This document shows positions 10,643 through 21,979 of a stretch of DNA of 64,000 nucleotides, in pieces. The DNA is taken from NCBI RefSeq assembly GCF_024223415.1, contig NZ_CP100500.1. The stretch is one strand, 5' to 3'. Each line of letters begins with the position of its first letter. The stretch's first letter is position 1. This stretch comes from Escherichia coli (GTDB taxonomy: Bacteria; Pseudomonadota; Gammaproteobacteria; Enterobacterales; Enterobacteriaceae). Position numbers and translations under genes: made by a program. Below the pieces are notes generated by a model. That model was not told the origin of the DNA. It saw only the letters and a program-made list of their open reading frames with translations, and made no database searches.

Positions 10643-10710
10643 AAGCTCAGCTCAGCAGATTCACCCGCATTTGCCCAACATTCATAAATCTCACAGAGGA
10701 CATTCTGACC

Positions 10711-10947
10711 ATGTTGACCTCAATGACAGGTCACGACAGCGTATTGCTGCGTGCCGACGATCCCCTGATCGACATGAACTACATCACCAGCTTCACTGGT
10801 ATGACCGACAAATGGTTTTACAAGCTGATCAGTGAAGGCCATTTCCCTAAACCCATCAAACTGGGGCGCAGCAGCCGCTGGTACAAAAGTGAAGTGGAGC
10901 AGTGGATGCAGCAACGAATCGAGGCATCACGAGGGGCAGCAGCATGA
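10711..10947 (+). CDS. alpA: AlpA-family phage/island regulatory protein
   Basis: 78 aa with HTH and conserved WYKSEVEQWMQQR C-terminus. Confidence 0.75.
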   Translation: MLTSMTGHDSVLLRADDPLIDMNYITSFTGMTDKWFYKLISEGHFPKPIKLGRSSRWYKSEVEQWMQQRIEASRGAAA

Positions 10948-11057
10948 AACGTGTTGTAATGCCGGTACGCTGGCAATGTGCAAAATACCAGCGTTGGTAT
11001 TGTGGAAGCCGGCCCTGTCCCTGGTGCTGGCGACACTCCCGCTCATCTTTCTGCTGA
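10944..11057 (+). CDS. Small Cys/Trp-rich peptide (37 aa), possible zinc-ribbon protein
   Basis: ATG overlaps the alpA stop (ATGA coupling); MKRVVMPVRWQCAKYQRWYCGSRPCPWCWRH has a C-x7-C-x4-C-x2-C pattern; below the ORF-track cutoff, read by eye. Confidence 0.35.
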   Translation: MKRVVMPVRWQCAKYQRWYCGSRPCPWCWRHSRSSFC

Positions 11058-11149
11058 CACCCTCTGGTCAGCCAGCGGACTATCGTCCTTTCCTGACCGA
11101 TTCGTCATTCCATTCTTATTGATTATAACTGGCATTACACCGGTGCCGG

Positions 11150-11760
11150 CGTGCTTTTCTGTAGATCTGCACCGGTTTAACAAAATTCGACAAGGTTTGA
11201 AGGAGTATTCTGTGCAAATAAGCGAGGCCCTAATTTCAGAACCGGGGAAAATCCAGCGTTTTGTTCAGCAGGCGGTGGACCACTAGCCGCGTCTGCTGGC
11301 AGTCCACTTCACGCTTGATTCGGCTGAAGGGAATATTGACGAGGGGCAGATTCATGCATTCTGTACTGCCTTTTACCGACAGGTGCACGAGCGTATTACT
11401 GAACGTAATCACACGGCCAGCCCATCCTCGCCGGTGGTATTACGCTGGTTGCGGGAACAACATGGAGGAGCAACAATACGATGCCTGTTGCTGTTCAGCC
11501 AGGAGCTTTTCTGCCATCCGCGAGCCAGTGTGACAGTTGATGAAGAATGTTCACAACTGGTGGATTTACTACAACAGACTTGGCAGGTGATAAGCGCTGG
11601 CGGACAATGCCGGGTGGAAAAGCGTTTTCAGGTCGTCCGGGGTGATACATCTGGCCAGTATGTTGCGTTAAAAACAGTCGCATTGTCTCTGGGGTTACCG
11701 GTTGTGATCGCCATTACCCATCGTCCGGTACAGCGCTGTACATTGATTACAGCTCAGTGA
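11150..11760 (+). pseudogene. Gp2-family gene, copy 3, frameshifted
   Basis: Gp2-like segments (LLAVHFTLD..., ...HGGATIRCLLLFSQE) spread over three overlapping frames. Confidence 0.5.
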
Positions 11761-12882
11761 ATCAGCGCAGTTGTGCAGTCAACGAGGTTTTCTGGCTTTT
11801 CGTCGGTCATTCAGCATCATTAAACGGGTCTCTGCCTCTTTCTGTTCCTGTGGTGTCACTTCCCCGCACGGCTGACCGTTCAGGTTGTAACGGGCGCCAC
11901 CTGCTATTAACGCACGGTAATAGCGCGGAGACTGCACATAAGACGCCACTGCTGCATGTAATGTACCAGCGCCAAACGCCAGTTCTCGGATGGCGATATC
12001 CTGTATCAGGTCGTCAGGTATCCCCACTTTAAGTGGTTTTGTTTTTTTCCCGGTTGAATGACTCAGGCCAGAGTTCCACAAGACGAATAATGCGCTTACG
12101 GTTTTTGCTCTGGCGTTTTGTCATGTCGCCACGGTGTTTTATCAGCAGGTTTCTGTTTATCGTTCAACTGTGGTATCTGGTCACCGGCCTTCATTTTGTA
12201 TGCTGTGTCCGTTTTATTCTGCAGCGGCGTTGCCGGTGATTTACTGAAAATACCCTGCGGTTTACGGTTAATGGTCAGAGTTACCATCAATTTTGTTACC
12301 TCGCGCTGTCAATGGAAGTAGTACCTCATCCGATATCTGAAAATGTTTTCCGGTGGATGTTACAGCGAATTTCATGTAAGACATGTTGTTGTCGGTATTG
12401 TTCAGTACTGTGCGTTGTGAGCGTATTCGTTATCAGACAGAGGGGCAGGGAACAAACGTCAGAGGTTAAGGATATCCGGGAACAAATGGCGTAAACGGAC
12501 ATCTCAGTGCCTGAGAAACAGTACAGGTCAGGCCATCATGGCCTGCAAACAGAGCCCTGGCGACCCCGTGGCCGAAAACGAAACAATAACCCGCGCGCAG
12601 TGCGAGGAATCCGGATGTGAAGCAATCAGCAGGTAATATTAATGGCAGGACCAGCAGGTTCTTTAAACAAACGAACATGCTGTAATTGATATTTTGCTTA
12701 TTGTATTTTCTTTTTAGTTATTAAATTAATTTATTTACGAAAAATTTTCTGCAGATACAGGATGGGAATTCAGGGTGTCATCACGCCTTATGATGACACC
12801 CTTCCCCTGGTTGTGGAAAACCGAAGGATATATCAGGTTCAGCAACAAAATCAGTGAGCTGAAAGATACCAGTCCCCCAGCT

Positions 12883-13902
12883 TCAGCAGCTTTCACGTAA
12901 ACATAAACAGGGCTCAATGAATATCTGATTGCTCCAGTTACCTTCTTTAATTCGTTCCAGCAAAACATTTCCTGCTTCCAGACCAATTTTCCTGTGAGGA
13001 ACGGCCATTGTTGTTAATGATGGTTGGCAAACTTTGCTGACGTCACTGTCACCAAATCCTACTACGGCGAGCTCGTCTGGAACTTTGATCCGTCTTCGTT
13101 GACATTCATAGAGAACACCGCAGGCTAACTCATCTGACACACATACCAGGGCATCCAGTTCCGGCCATGCGAGCAAAAATTCCGGTAGTTGTGATGCTCC
13201 GGTGGAAAAAACAGGTGGCAGAGCAGCGTTAATAACACGGTTGGGAGACATATGATGGCGTAACATAGCTTTATACCATCCCTGTAAATGCTGCTGAAAG
13301 ATCCACTGTTCCTGGTTAGCGCATAGCAAACCGATATTCTGATAACCACGTTGTACCAGCATATCCGTCAGCTCGAACATTGCTGCAACATTATCAATAC
13401 CAATGTTGATATCTATCGGATCAGTACGAATGGCACCGATTTCTATAACAGGAATCGAGGCATTTTTGAGCAAGTGACGCACGGTACTATTATGCTCAAC
13501 ACTAAGCAAAATTGCTGCAGCGATATTAGAAGCCAGCAGGGTTTCCAGCAGTTTTTCTTCTTGTTCCAGACGATGGCGTGACTCAGCCAGGATTATTTGA
13601 TACCCCGCTGGTTGTAGCACATGTTGCAGCCCGGCAAACATTTCCGTGCATCCCGCTTCAGCCAGGTTTGGCACGACCATTGCGATCGTGTGTGAAGATG
13701 CCGATGCCAGTGCGCTTGCAGTGAGGTTGGGCATATACCCTAATTCATTAACTGCGGCTTCAATCTTCTCCCGCAATTTATCTGAAACTTGTTCGGGAGT
13801 GCGTAACGCTCTGGATACAGTCATTGTGCCAACTCCCGCGAGTTGCGCGACATCAGCAATAGTGACTTTACCTGTACTACGACGTTTTCGGGTTATTGCC
13901 AT
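12883..13902 (-). CDS. LacI-family transcriptional regulator
   Basis: 339 aa; N-terminal HTH VTIADVAQLAGVGTMTVSRAL and periplasmic-binding-like body; divergent from the PTS/transketolase operon. Confidence 0.85.
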   Translation of the reverse strand: MAITRKRRSTGKVTIADVAQLAGVGTMTVSRALRTPEQVSDKLREKIEAAVNELGYMPNLTASALASASSHTIAMVVPNLAEAGCTEMFAGLQHVLQPAGYQIILAESRHRLEQEEKLLETLLASNIAAAILLSVEHNSTVRHLLKNASIPVIEIGAIRTDPIDINIGIDNVAAMFELTDMLVQRGYQNIGLLCANQEQWIFQQHLQGWYKAMLRHHMSPNRVINAALPPVFSTGASQLPEFLLAWPELDALVCVSDELACGVLYECQRRRIKVPDELAVVGFGDSDVSKVCQPSLTTMAVPHRKIGLEAGNVLLERIKEGNWSNQIFIEPCLCLRESC

Positions 13903-14034
13903 ACAAAATCCTGCTCAGCGACTACATATGGAGATCTTTTATTACTTATCATCAACGGCTTCCTGCACTGCCAGTAGCAGAGTATACCTCTTAATATCTG
14001 CCATAAGTCTGGATTTAATCAGTGAAATCTATTT

Positions 14035-14082
14035 TGATAGCGCTATCACAAATTCGAACAATACCTCCTGATAGCGCTATCT
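14035..14082. promoter_or_regulatory. Two LacI-type operator palindromes (TGATAGCGCTATCA)
   Basis: Perfect 14-bp palindrome at 14035-14048 and a 13/14 copy at 14069-14082 in the divergent intergenic region. Confidence 0.5.
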
Positions 14083-14153
14083 TTGTGATATTGATCGCAG
14101 ATATACCGTCGTTACTTGAATACATTCTGGTCATATAAATAAGAAATTAGGGG

Positions 14154-14603
14154 GTGGGAGTGCTTAATATCTGGCTTTCTGATTCAACAATCGCATTACG
14201 AAAGAATGCCGCAACCTGGCAGCAGGCATTAGATATCTGTGCCAGACCGTTACTGGATGCAGAGATAATTACGACGGATTATCTCAGTGCGATAAAGACA
14301 CAACATGAAAAACTGGGGCCTTATTATGTCCTGGCACCCGGGCTGGCCATGCCGCATGCCCGACCAGAAGAAGGGGCAAAAGGATTAGGTTTATCATTAT
14401 TAAAACTTGAAGAAGGTGTCAGTTTTCATACAGAGGAATTTGATCCTGTAGATGTTATCATTTTACTTGCCGCACCAGACAAACACAGTCATATCGAAAT
14501 GATATCTGCACTGGCTGAGTTATTCTCCAGCGAAAAAGATTTACATGAATTGCATCAGGCTTGCAATGTGGAGGAAATAAAAAAGATAATTTCACGGTTC
14601 TGA
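14154..14603 (+). CDS. PTS ascorbate-family EIIA component (UlaC/SgaA-like)
   Basis: PYYVLAPGLAMPHARPEEG active-site region; GTG start at 14154 or 14160. Confidence 0.8.
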   Translation: MGVLNIWLSDSTIALRKNAATWQQALDICARPLLDAEIITTDYLSAIKTQHEKLGPYYVLAPGLAMPHARPEEGAKGLGLSLLKLEEGVSFHTEEFDPVDVIILLAAPDKHSHIEMISALAELFSSEKDLHELHQACNVEEIKKIISRF

Positions 14604-14681
14604 TTACATTATAAATTCAGTCTTTTCACAACATTGCGCCGTTGCGTGATGGGACTTCTTCAACTTAAAATGGTGAATATA

Positions 14682-14954
14682 ATGAAAATTATGGCTATTT
14701 GTGGCTCAGGGCTTGGTAGTAGTTTTATGGTCGAAATGAATATTAAAAAAGTTCTGAAAAAAATGGATATAGAGGCGGAAGTGGAACATTCCGATCTCTC
14801 ATCAGCAACGCCAGGGGCTGCCGATTTATTTGTGATGGCCAAAGATATTGCTGCCAGTGCCAGCGTACCGGAAAGTCAGTTGGTGGTTATCAACAACATC
14901 ATTGATATTAATGAACTCGAAACGCAACTGCGTAACTGGTTAGCAAAACAATAA
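14682..14954 (+). CDS. PTS ascorbate-family EIIB component (UlaB/SgaB-like)
   Basis: MKIMAICGSGLGSS with catalytic Cys; start placed at the ATG at 14682. Confidence 0.8.
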   Translation: MKIMAICGSGLGSSFMVEMNIKKVLKKMDIEAEVEHSDLSSATPGAADLFVMAKDIAASASVPESQLVVINNIIDINELETQLRNWLAKQ

Positions 14955-14970
14955 CCTTAATTGAAGCGAG

Positions 14971-16365
14971 GTGGATATGTTTATCCTTGAAACGCTGAAT
15001 TTTGTTGTTGATATACTTAAAGTGCCCGCGATACTGGTCGGCTTGATTGCCTTAATTGGTCTGGTTGCCCAGAAAAAATCTTTTTCAGATGTTGTTAAAG
15101 GTACAATTAAAACTATTCTCGGCTTTATTGTACTGGGCGGTGGTGCCACTGTTTTGGTTGGTTCGTTAAATCCTCTTGGGAGTATGTTTGAACATGCCTT
15201 TAATATTCAGGGCATCATTCCGAATAATGAGGCTATTGTTTCTATTGCGCTGGAAAAATATGGCGCATCGACGGCCCTTATTATGGCATTTGGTATGGTG
15301 GCGAATATTATTGTTGCCCGCTTTACCCGCCTTAAATATATCTTCCTGACCGGACACCACACATTTTACATGGCCTGCATGATTGGTGTGATTCTGACAG
15401 TGGCTGGTTTTGAAGGTATATCACTGGTCTTTACCGGTTCTCTTATTCTGGGACTTGTGATGGCATTTTTCCCGGCATTAGCACAACGCTATATGAAGCG
15501 TATTACGGGGAATGATGACATTGCTTTTGGTCACTTTGGCACTCTGGGATATGTACTTTCTGGCTGGATTGGCAGCGTGTGCGGTAAAGGTTCCCGCTCC
15601 ACCGAAGAGATGAATTTGCCCAAAAATCTGAGCTTCCTGCGCGACAGTTCCATCTCTATTTCTCTTACGATGATGGTGATTTATCTGATCATGGCGATCA
15701 GTGCTGGTCGTGAGTTCGTTGAAAGCCAGTTCAGTGGTGGTCAAAACTACCTTGTCTACGCCATCATAATGGCCATCACCTTCGCTGCTGGTGTATTTAT
15801 TATTCTGCAAGGCGTGCGTTTAATCCTTGCTGAAATAGTTCCGGCATTTACCGGGTTTTCAGAAAAGCTGGTGCCGAATGCCCGTCCGGCCCTCGATTGC
15901 CCGGTTGTGTATCCGTATGCGCCAAACGCAGTGTTAGTTGGTTTCTTGTTTAGCTTTTTTGGCGGTCTGGTAGGGCTATTTTTGTTGGGACAGATGAAAC
16001 TGGTGTTGATTCTTCCGGGTGTCGTTCCTCACTTTTTTACCGGGGCGGCTGCTGGCGTATTTGGTAACGCTACGGGGGGACGTCGTGGCGCAATGATTGG
16101 TGCTTTTGCGAATGGCTTATTGATTACCTTCCTGCCTGTACTGTTATTGCCGGTTCTTGGGGCGATAGGCTTTGCTAATACGACCTTTTCCGATGCAGAT
16201 TTTGGTGCTGTCGGCATCGTCCTCGGAAACCTGGCACGTTATCTCTCACCTTTTGCCATCACCGGACTTGTAGTAGCGCTATTTGTGCTGCTGGTTGCCT
16301 GGAACATTTTCGCCAGTAACAAAATCGCTGCCAAAGCGCAGAAGAAGAGTGGAGCCAAATCATGA
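14971..16365 (+). CDS. PTS ascorbate-family EIIC permease (UlaA/SgaT-like)
   Basis: 464-aa polytopic membrane protein immediately after EIIB. Confidence 0.85.
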   Translation: MDMFILETLNFVVDILKVPAILVGLIALIGLVAQKKSFSDVVKGTIKTILGFIVLGGGATVLVGSLNPLGSMFEHAFNIQGIIPNNEAIVSIALEKYGASTALIMAFGMVANIIVARFTRLKYIFLTGHHTFYMACMIGVILTVAGFEGISLVFTGSLILGLVMAFFPALAQRYMKRITGNDDIAFGHFGTLGYVLSGWIGSVCGKGSRSTEEMNLPKNLSFLRDSSISISLTMMVIYLIMAISAGREFVESQFSGGQNYLVYAIIMAITFAAGVFIILQGVRLILAEIVPAFTGFSEKLVPNARPALDCPVVYPYAPNAVLVGFLFSFFGGLVGLFLLGQMKLVLILPGVVPHFFTGAAAGVFGNATGGRRGAMIGAFANGLLITFLPVLLLPVLGAIGFANTTFSDADFGAVGIVLGNLARYLSPFAITGLVVALFVLLVAWNIFASNKIAAKAQKKSGAKS

Positions 16366-17192
16366 ATGTTAAAGAATTGACTCAATTTGCACGGGATATA
16401 CGTATCCAGACGCTTAAATCATTAACTCATCTCGGCTTCGGTCATTATGGTGGCAGCATGTCGGTTGTGGAAACGCTGGCAGTGCTTTATGGCGCTGTAA
16501 TGAAAATTGATCCTGCTGCTCCCGACTGGCCTGAGCGTGACTATTTTATCCTGTCCAAAGGACATGCCGGACCTGCTCTCTACAGTACTCTGGCGCTGAA
16601 AGGCTACTTTCCACTGGAAGAATTAAGCACCTTAAATCAGAACGGAACCCGCTTACCAAGTCATCCGGATCGGCTAAAAACGTGTGGTGTTGATAGCACC
16701 ACAGGATCGCTGGGGCAGGGGATATCCATTGCCGGAGGGATGGCGCTGTCGCATAAACTGGCGGGGCGCAAGAATCGGGTTTTTTGTATTGTCGGCGATG
16801 GCGAACTTAATGAAGGCCAATGTTGGGAAGCTTTCCAGTTTATCGCGCATCATCGTTTGAATAACCTCACTGTGTTTGTGGACTGGAACAAACAGCAGCT
16901 TGATGGTCAACTGGATGAAATTATTAATCCATTTGATTTGGAAGGAAAATTCCGGGCTTTCGGTTTTGATGTCGTGACAGTGAAGGGCGATGATATTGAG
17001 GGCTTGTTGAATGTAGTTAAACCTGTCCTGCCAGCTGAGGCCAGACCGAGAGTGGTCATTCTCGATAGCATTAAAGGGCAGGGGGTGCCGTGTCTCGAGC
17101 AACTCAGTAATTCTCATCACTTACGCCTCACAGAAGAGATGAAGGGGACGCTAAACGAAACAATTCGCCAACTGGAGGCTATGCATGATTAA
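16362..17192 (+). CDS. Transketolase, N-terminal (TPP-binding) subunit
   Basis: GHYGGSMS and GDGELNEGQ motifs; 4-bp overlap with EIIC; resembles the split transketolase of ExPEC tkt1 islands. Confidence 0.85.
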   Translation: MNVKELTQFARDIRIQTLKSLTHLGFGHYGGSMSVVETLAVLYGAVMKIDPAAPDWPERDYFILSKGHAGPALYSTLALKGYFPLEELSTLNQNGTRLPSHPDRLKTCGVDSTTGSLGQGISIAGGMALSHKLAGRKNRVFCIVGDGELNEGQCWEAFQFIAHHRLNNLTVFVDWNKQQLDGQLDEIINPFDLEGKFRAFGFDVVTVKGDDIEGLLNVVKPVLPAEARPRVVILDSIKGQGVPCLEQLSNSHHLRLTEEMKGTLNETIRQLEAMHD

Positions 17193-18138
17193 TCTCGCAC
17201 CGGCAGGACAAAAAGACAGCATTGAAATGCGCAAAGTTTATGCAGATTTTATCGCGCAACAGAGTAAAAACGTCAGTTCTGTCATTGCTCTTGAGGCTGA
17301 TTTAATGAGTTCCATGGCAATGGACAGCGTGGCGCAGGATTATCCAGATCACGTCATTAATTGCGGCATTATGGAAGCCAATGTTATCGGCACAGCTGCA
17401 GGGCTGGCCTTAACCGGGCGCAAGCCATTCGTGCATACCTTTACCGCATTTGCCAGTCGTCGCTGTTTTGATCAACTCTTTATGTCGCTTGATTACCAGG
17501 GCGCTAACGTCAAAGTTATAGCTTCTGATGCGGGTGTTGCTGCTTGCCACAATGGCGGAACACATATGTCATTTGAAGATATGGGAATTGTGCGCGGGCT
17601 GGCGCATTCGGTGGTGATGGAGATGACAGATGCCGTAATGTTCAGCGATATCTTGCGTCAACTCGTTGCACTGGAAGGATTTTATTGGATTCGTACCATT
17701 CGGAAGCAAGCAGCGAGTATTTACGCACCAGGTACAACCTTTACAATTGGCAAAGGGCAGGTATTACGTGAAGGTACGGATGTCACCTTAATTGCTAATG
17801 GCATTATGGTGGTGGAAGCCCTGGAGGCCGCACGTCAACTTGAGCTGGCTGGGGTAAGTGTAGCGGTGATTGATATGTTTACGCTCAAACCCGTTGATCG
17901 GATGTTAATTAAAAATTATGCCGAAAAAACAGGACGGATCGTAACATGTGAAAACCATAGTATTCATAATGGATTAGGTTCAGCGGTTGCTGAAGTGCTT
18001 GTAGAAACTTGTCCTGTGCCCATGCGTCGGGTGGGGGTTAAAGAGCGGTATGGCCAGGTTGGAACTCAGGACTTTTTACAGAGAGAGTACGGGTTAACCG
18101 CGCAAGATATTGTGGCGGCAGCCAGAGAGCTATTGTAA
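17185..18138 (+). CDS. Transketolase, C-terminal subunit
   Basis: 317 aa, pyrimidine-binding and C-terminal domains; overlaps the upstream subunit by 8 bp. Confidence 0.85.
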   Translation: MINLAPAGQKDSIEMRKVYADFIAQQSKNVSSVIALEADLMSSMAMDSVAQDYPDHVINCGIMEANVIGTAAGLALTGRKPFVHTFTAFASRRCFDQLFMSLDYQGANVKVIASDAGVAACHNGGTHMSFEDMGIVRGLAHSVVMEMTDAVMFSDILRQLVALEGFYWIRTIRKQAASIYAPGTTFTIGKGQVLREGTDVTLIANGIMVVEALEAARQLELAGVSVAVIDMFTLKPVDRMLIKNYAEKTGRIVTCENHSIHNGLGSAVAEVLVETCPVPMRRVGVKERYGQVGTQDFLQREYGLTAQDIVAAARELL

Positions 18139-18256
18139 TTCATGGAGTTTGTTTACCATTCTGTTTTTCTTAAAAGTGAGTGTCTGTGCGGTCACTAAAC
18201 TCGGTAATAAAGCAGTTCATTGCAGGATAAGAAGCGTTTGGTTGTGTCGTTTTACC

Positions 18257-18507
18257 GTAAGAACCGACCGCCGTATGTAGCCATTAAGCCAGTATTGGTA
18301 ACGTAGGTGCCCACCTTTTCAAACTGGTGGACGCCTGTTATGGAGCAAAAACATTATCCGCAGAACCCCGCAGATCATTTTCAAATGAGTTAAACTTCAA
18401 ATGGTTAAACTGGTTTTGCAACCAGGAGCCTCTGTTGCCCGTATTGCCCGGGAACACGATATCAATGATAACCTCCTGTTCAAATGGCTCAGACTCTGGC
18501 AGAACGT
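18257..18507 (+). mobile_element. IS66-family left-end fragment (terminal repeat plus truncated orf1)
   Basis: GTAAGAACCGACCGCCGTATGTAGCCAT matches the left ends at 31477 and 37679; encodes ...IAREHDINDNLLFKWLRLWQN then similarity stops. Confidence 0.6.
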
Positions 18508-18593
18508 AAGGTAAAGGGAGATGAAAAAGGCAATAGCAGAACTGAGTGACAGTGAAACCATTCTGGCGTACAGGGTTGGATGGTGAAACTGAT

Positions 18594-18626
18594 AAAAAAA
18601 CCCCTCTGAAAATTCTGTCAGAGGGG
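18594..18626 (-). terminator. Rho-independent terminator-like hairpin (minus strand)
   Basis: 9-bp perfect stem CCCCTCTGA/TCAGAGGGG followed on the minus strand by a T7 run. Confidence 0.45.
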
Positions 18627-19365
18627 TGTAGTCAATAAGGGTGTCATATTCAACATGAAGATGTCTTCTGGGAATGTTTACATAGCAAATGCTTTCACTC
18701 CGGTAATTAATTTCCGTGATTAACTGCTTTCGATCAATAAAGGAATTGCAAAAGTGTGATCTTGTTCACGACATTGTGGATGATAATATGCCTGATGTCT
18801 GAATCCGGAAACAGTGCTCTGGCGGGTTTCATGTGAAGTTGACGGATAAAAAATCCTCACGACCAGACAGACGTGCGGTTTACGAAATTCGTAACAAGAG
18901 GCTTTTCTACGGATCACGTGGTGCGTGCCACGTGAAATTTTTGTAGCGCAAAATGTGTGATGTGTAAATACAGGAAGGAAAAAAGTTAAATCGGTGGAAG
19001 TCCATACCTGCCACGTGTACGTCTGCATTCCTCGTTTTGAACAGAATTCTCACCAGACATCGTGAATTTCTCATTCAATCATCAGAGATATTAACCAGGA
19101 TTTTTATTGTTTTGTGATAGCAGTACTTTAAATGTTCAGATGCTAAAATAAGCGCGCTTATTATAATTATAGTTATGATGTTTTATCTGTATGTATTTTA
19201 ATGATTTTCGCGTCATTGCTTTTCTGCTGCTTAAATTGAGGGCGCATATTATACACAATAATATTCCTGGTATTATTAAATTAATAAAAGAGGATTCTTA
19301 TCACTGTATTTTTGCTCCGCACTACCGTTCTGGCTGGTGAAGTAATAATACAGGAGAATAACAGA

Positions 19366-20601
<1,236 letters not shown>

Positions 20602-20624
20602 CAGGTCAGGATTTAGATATCTGT

Positions 20625-20643
20625 CCCGGGGGAGTCCCCCGGG
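20625..20643 (+). terminator. Perfect palindrome CCCGGGGGAGTCCCCCGGG after the adhesin gene
   Basis: 8-bp GC stem with 3-nt loop, 24 bp after the stop; no T-run follows, so terminator function is uncertain. Confidence 0.35.
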
Positions 20644-20661
20644 ATATAATGAGGTACAGAG

Positions 20662-21117
20662 ATGCTGGATATAATCCTGGCGACGAGAGATATTTATTTT
20701 GAAAAAGCCCTGCGAGAGATATTTGGAACCGTAAGCAGTCGAATCAGATATATAGAAGATGCCATATCAGACAGAAGAAGGGTGCAGTCAGGCAGGTCAT
20801 TCAGATATTATTTTGTATTCTGTGATGATGAGTATACAGATATTGTTCGTATTCTTTTTACCGGAGAGGCCTGCTGTATTCTGAATAAGTCGATGCTGAA
20901 TCTGAGAGCGGCCGGAGGTGTGTTGACGCTGGAAGAGCGCAGAGCGGTACTGAACCGGTATTACAGAGGTTTAAGTATTGCGGAGATTACAGAAGAGACG
21001 GGGCAGAATGACAAGACGGTATACGGTCATCTTCGTCGTGCACTGCAGCGGTCTGGATTCCGGAAGGGGCGTTTTATAAAGGGGAGAGAAGCTGCGGGGG
21101 ATTCAGGTGTTGAATAA
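20662..21117 (+). CDS. Small HTH regulator (LuxR / sigma-70 region-4 type)
   Basis: 151 aa; C-terminal LTLEERRAVLNRYYRGLSIAEITEETGQNDKTVYGHLRRAL HTH. Confidence 0.6.
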   Translation: MLDIILATRDIYFEKALREIFGTVSSRIRYIEDAISDRRRVQSGRSFRYYFVFCDDEYTDIVRILFTGEACCILNKSMLNLRAAGGVLTLEERRAVLNRYYRGLSIAEITEETGQNDKTVYGHLRRALQRSGFRKGRFIKGREAAGDSGVE

Positions 21118-21501
21118 TGTATCTTATATTGTGATATCGGTGCTGCTGCTGTTATTTTTTGTTGTATTTGTGACGAATGGTTAAGAATAAAACATGAGCT
21201 GGTGATTATCAGGACAGGTTGCTTGTATATGAAGATAACAAAGGCGGCATTTATTTTTGCGCTGTCAGTGTGGAGTGTTGCTGTGATATGTCTTTTATTA
21301 TTTGTACTGATTGTTCTGGGATAGCCATAGTGAAATAAAAAGCTGTCTGAATTAAATTATTTTGCACACATATTTTAATTCTGCACTGAATTCAGAATGG
21401 GTAATCAGTGACCGTCCTGACGGTCACTTTAAAGAAAAGGCATTTACACAGAATGGTAAACAGGTTAAGTCAGCAGAATATCACGGTTAGCACGATGGCT
21501 G

Positions 21502-21840
21502 TCATTCGGCCGATGAACAGTTGCTTAAGACAGGATTATCATTCCCTTCCACCAGATTGGCTTTTTTCCCTTTTGTGTACAGTTTATATGAGTATCTTTT
21601 ATTGATGGCTTCGTAATTGGCTCCGGAGGCCATTTTCATAAGCTGCATAGGTATCATCTCATCCATCTGATTAATCACTGCATATGAGTTCCCAGCAGTG
21701 GTGTTGATATAGACCACCTCCATTGTCTTATTTCCATTACAGACATAAGCTGTTTTTGAGATTTCTTTTGTGGCAGCGGAGGATACCATACTGCTGCTAA
21801 CAAGAATGAGTGCAAGGACGGGAGAAGAGTATTTTTTCAT
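21502..21840 (-). CDS. PliC/MliC-family lysozyme inhibitor-like periplasmic protein
   Basis: 112 aa, signal peptide, conserved Y-x-C ... SGA-x-Y ... NC pattern resembling E. coli MliC. Confidence 0.55.
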   Translation of the reverse strand: MKKYSSPVLALILVSSSMVSSAATKEISKTAYVCNGNKTMEVVYINTTAGNSYAVINQMDEMIPMQLMKMASGANYEAINKRYSYKLYTKGKKANLVEGNDNPVLSNCSSAE

Positions 21841-21979
21841 AATAACTCCTTCTGTAGGTTAAAAAAACAGGTGTTTGATCAGAATTATATTAATAATTCA
21901 TTCATCAGAAAAAAAGGTTTTTGTTATAGCAATAATAATGAGCACAATTGCTTGTGAAACTGGTGCCATTTTACGGTTG

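Noticed and set aside
11779-12290. Two adjacent minus-strand ORFs (100 and 64 aa) after the decayed Gp2 copy
   Set aside because: Low-complexity composition and a frame break between them; no family recognised; possibly a pseudogene remnant but not reported as a feature
18720-19028. 102-aa minus-strand ORF upstream of the adhesin gene
   Set aside because: Cys/His-rich composition with no ribosome-binding site, in AT-rich promoter-like DNA; more likely non-coding
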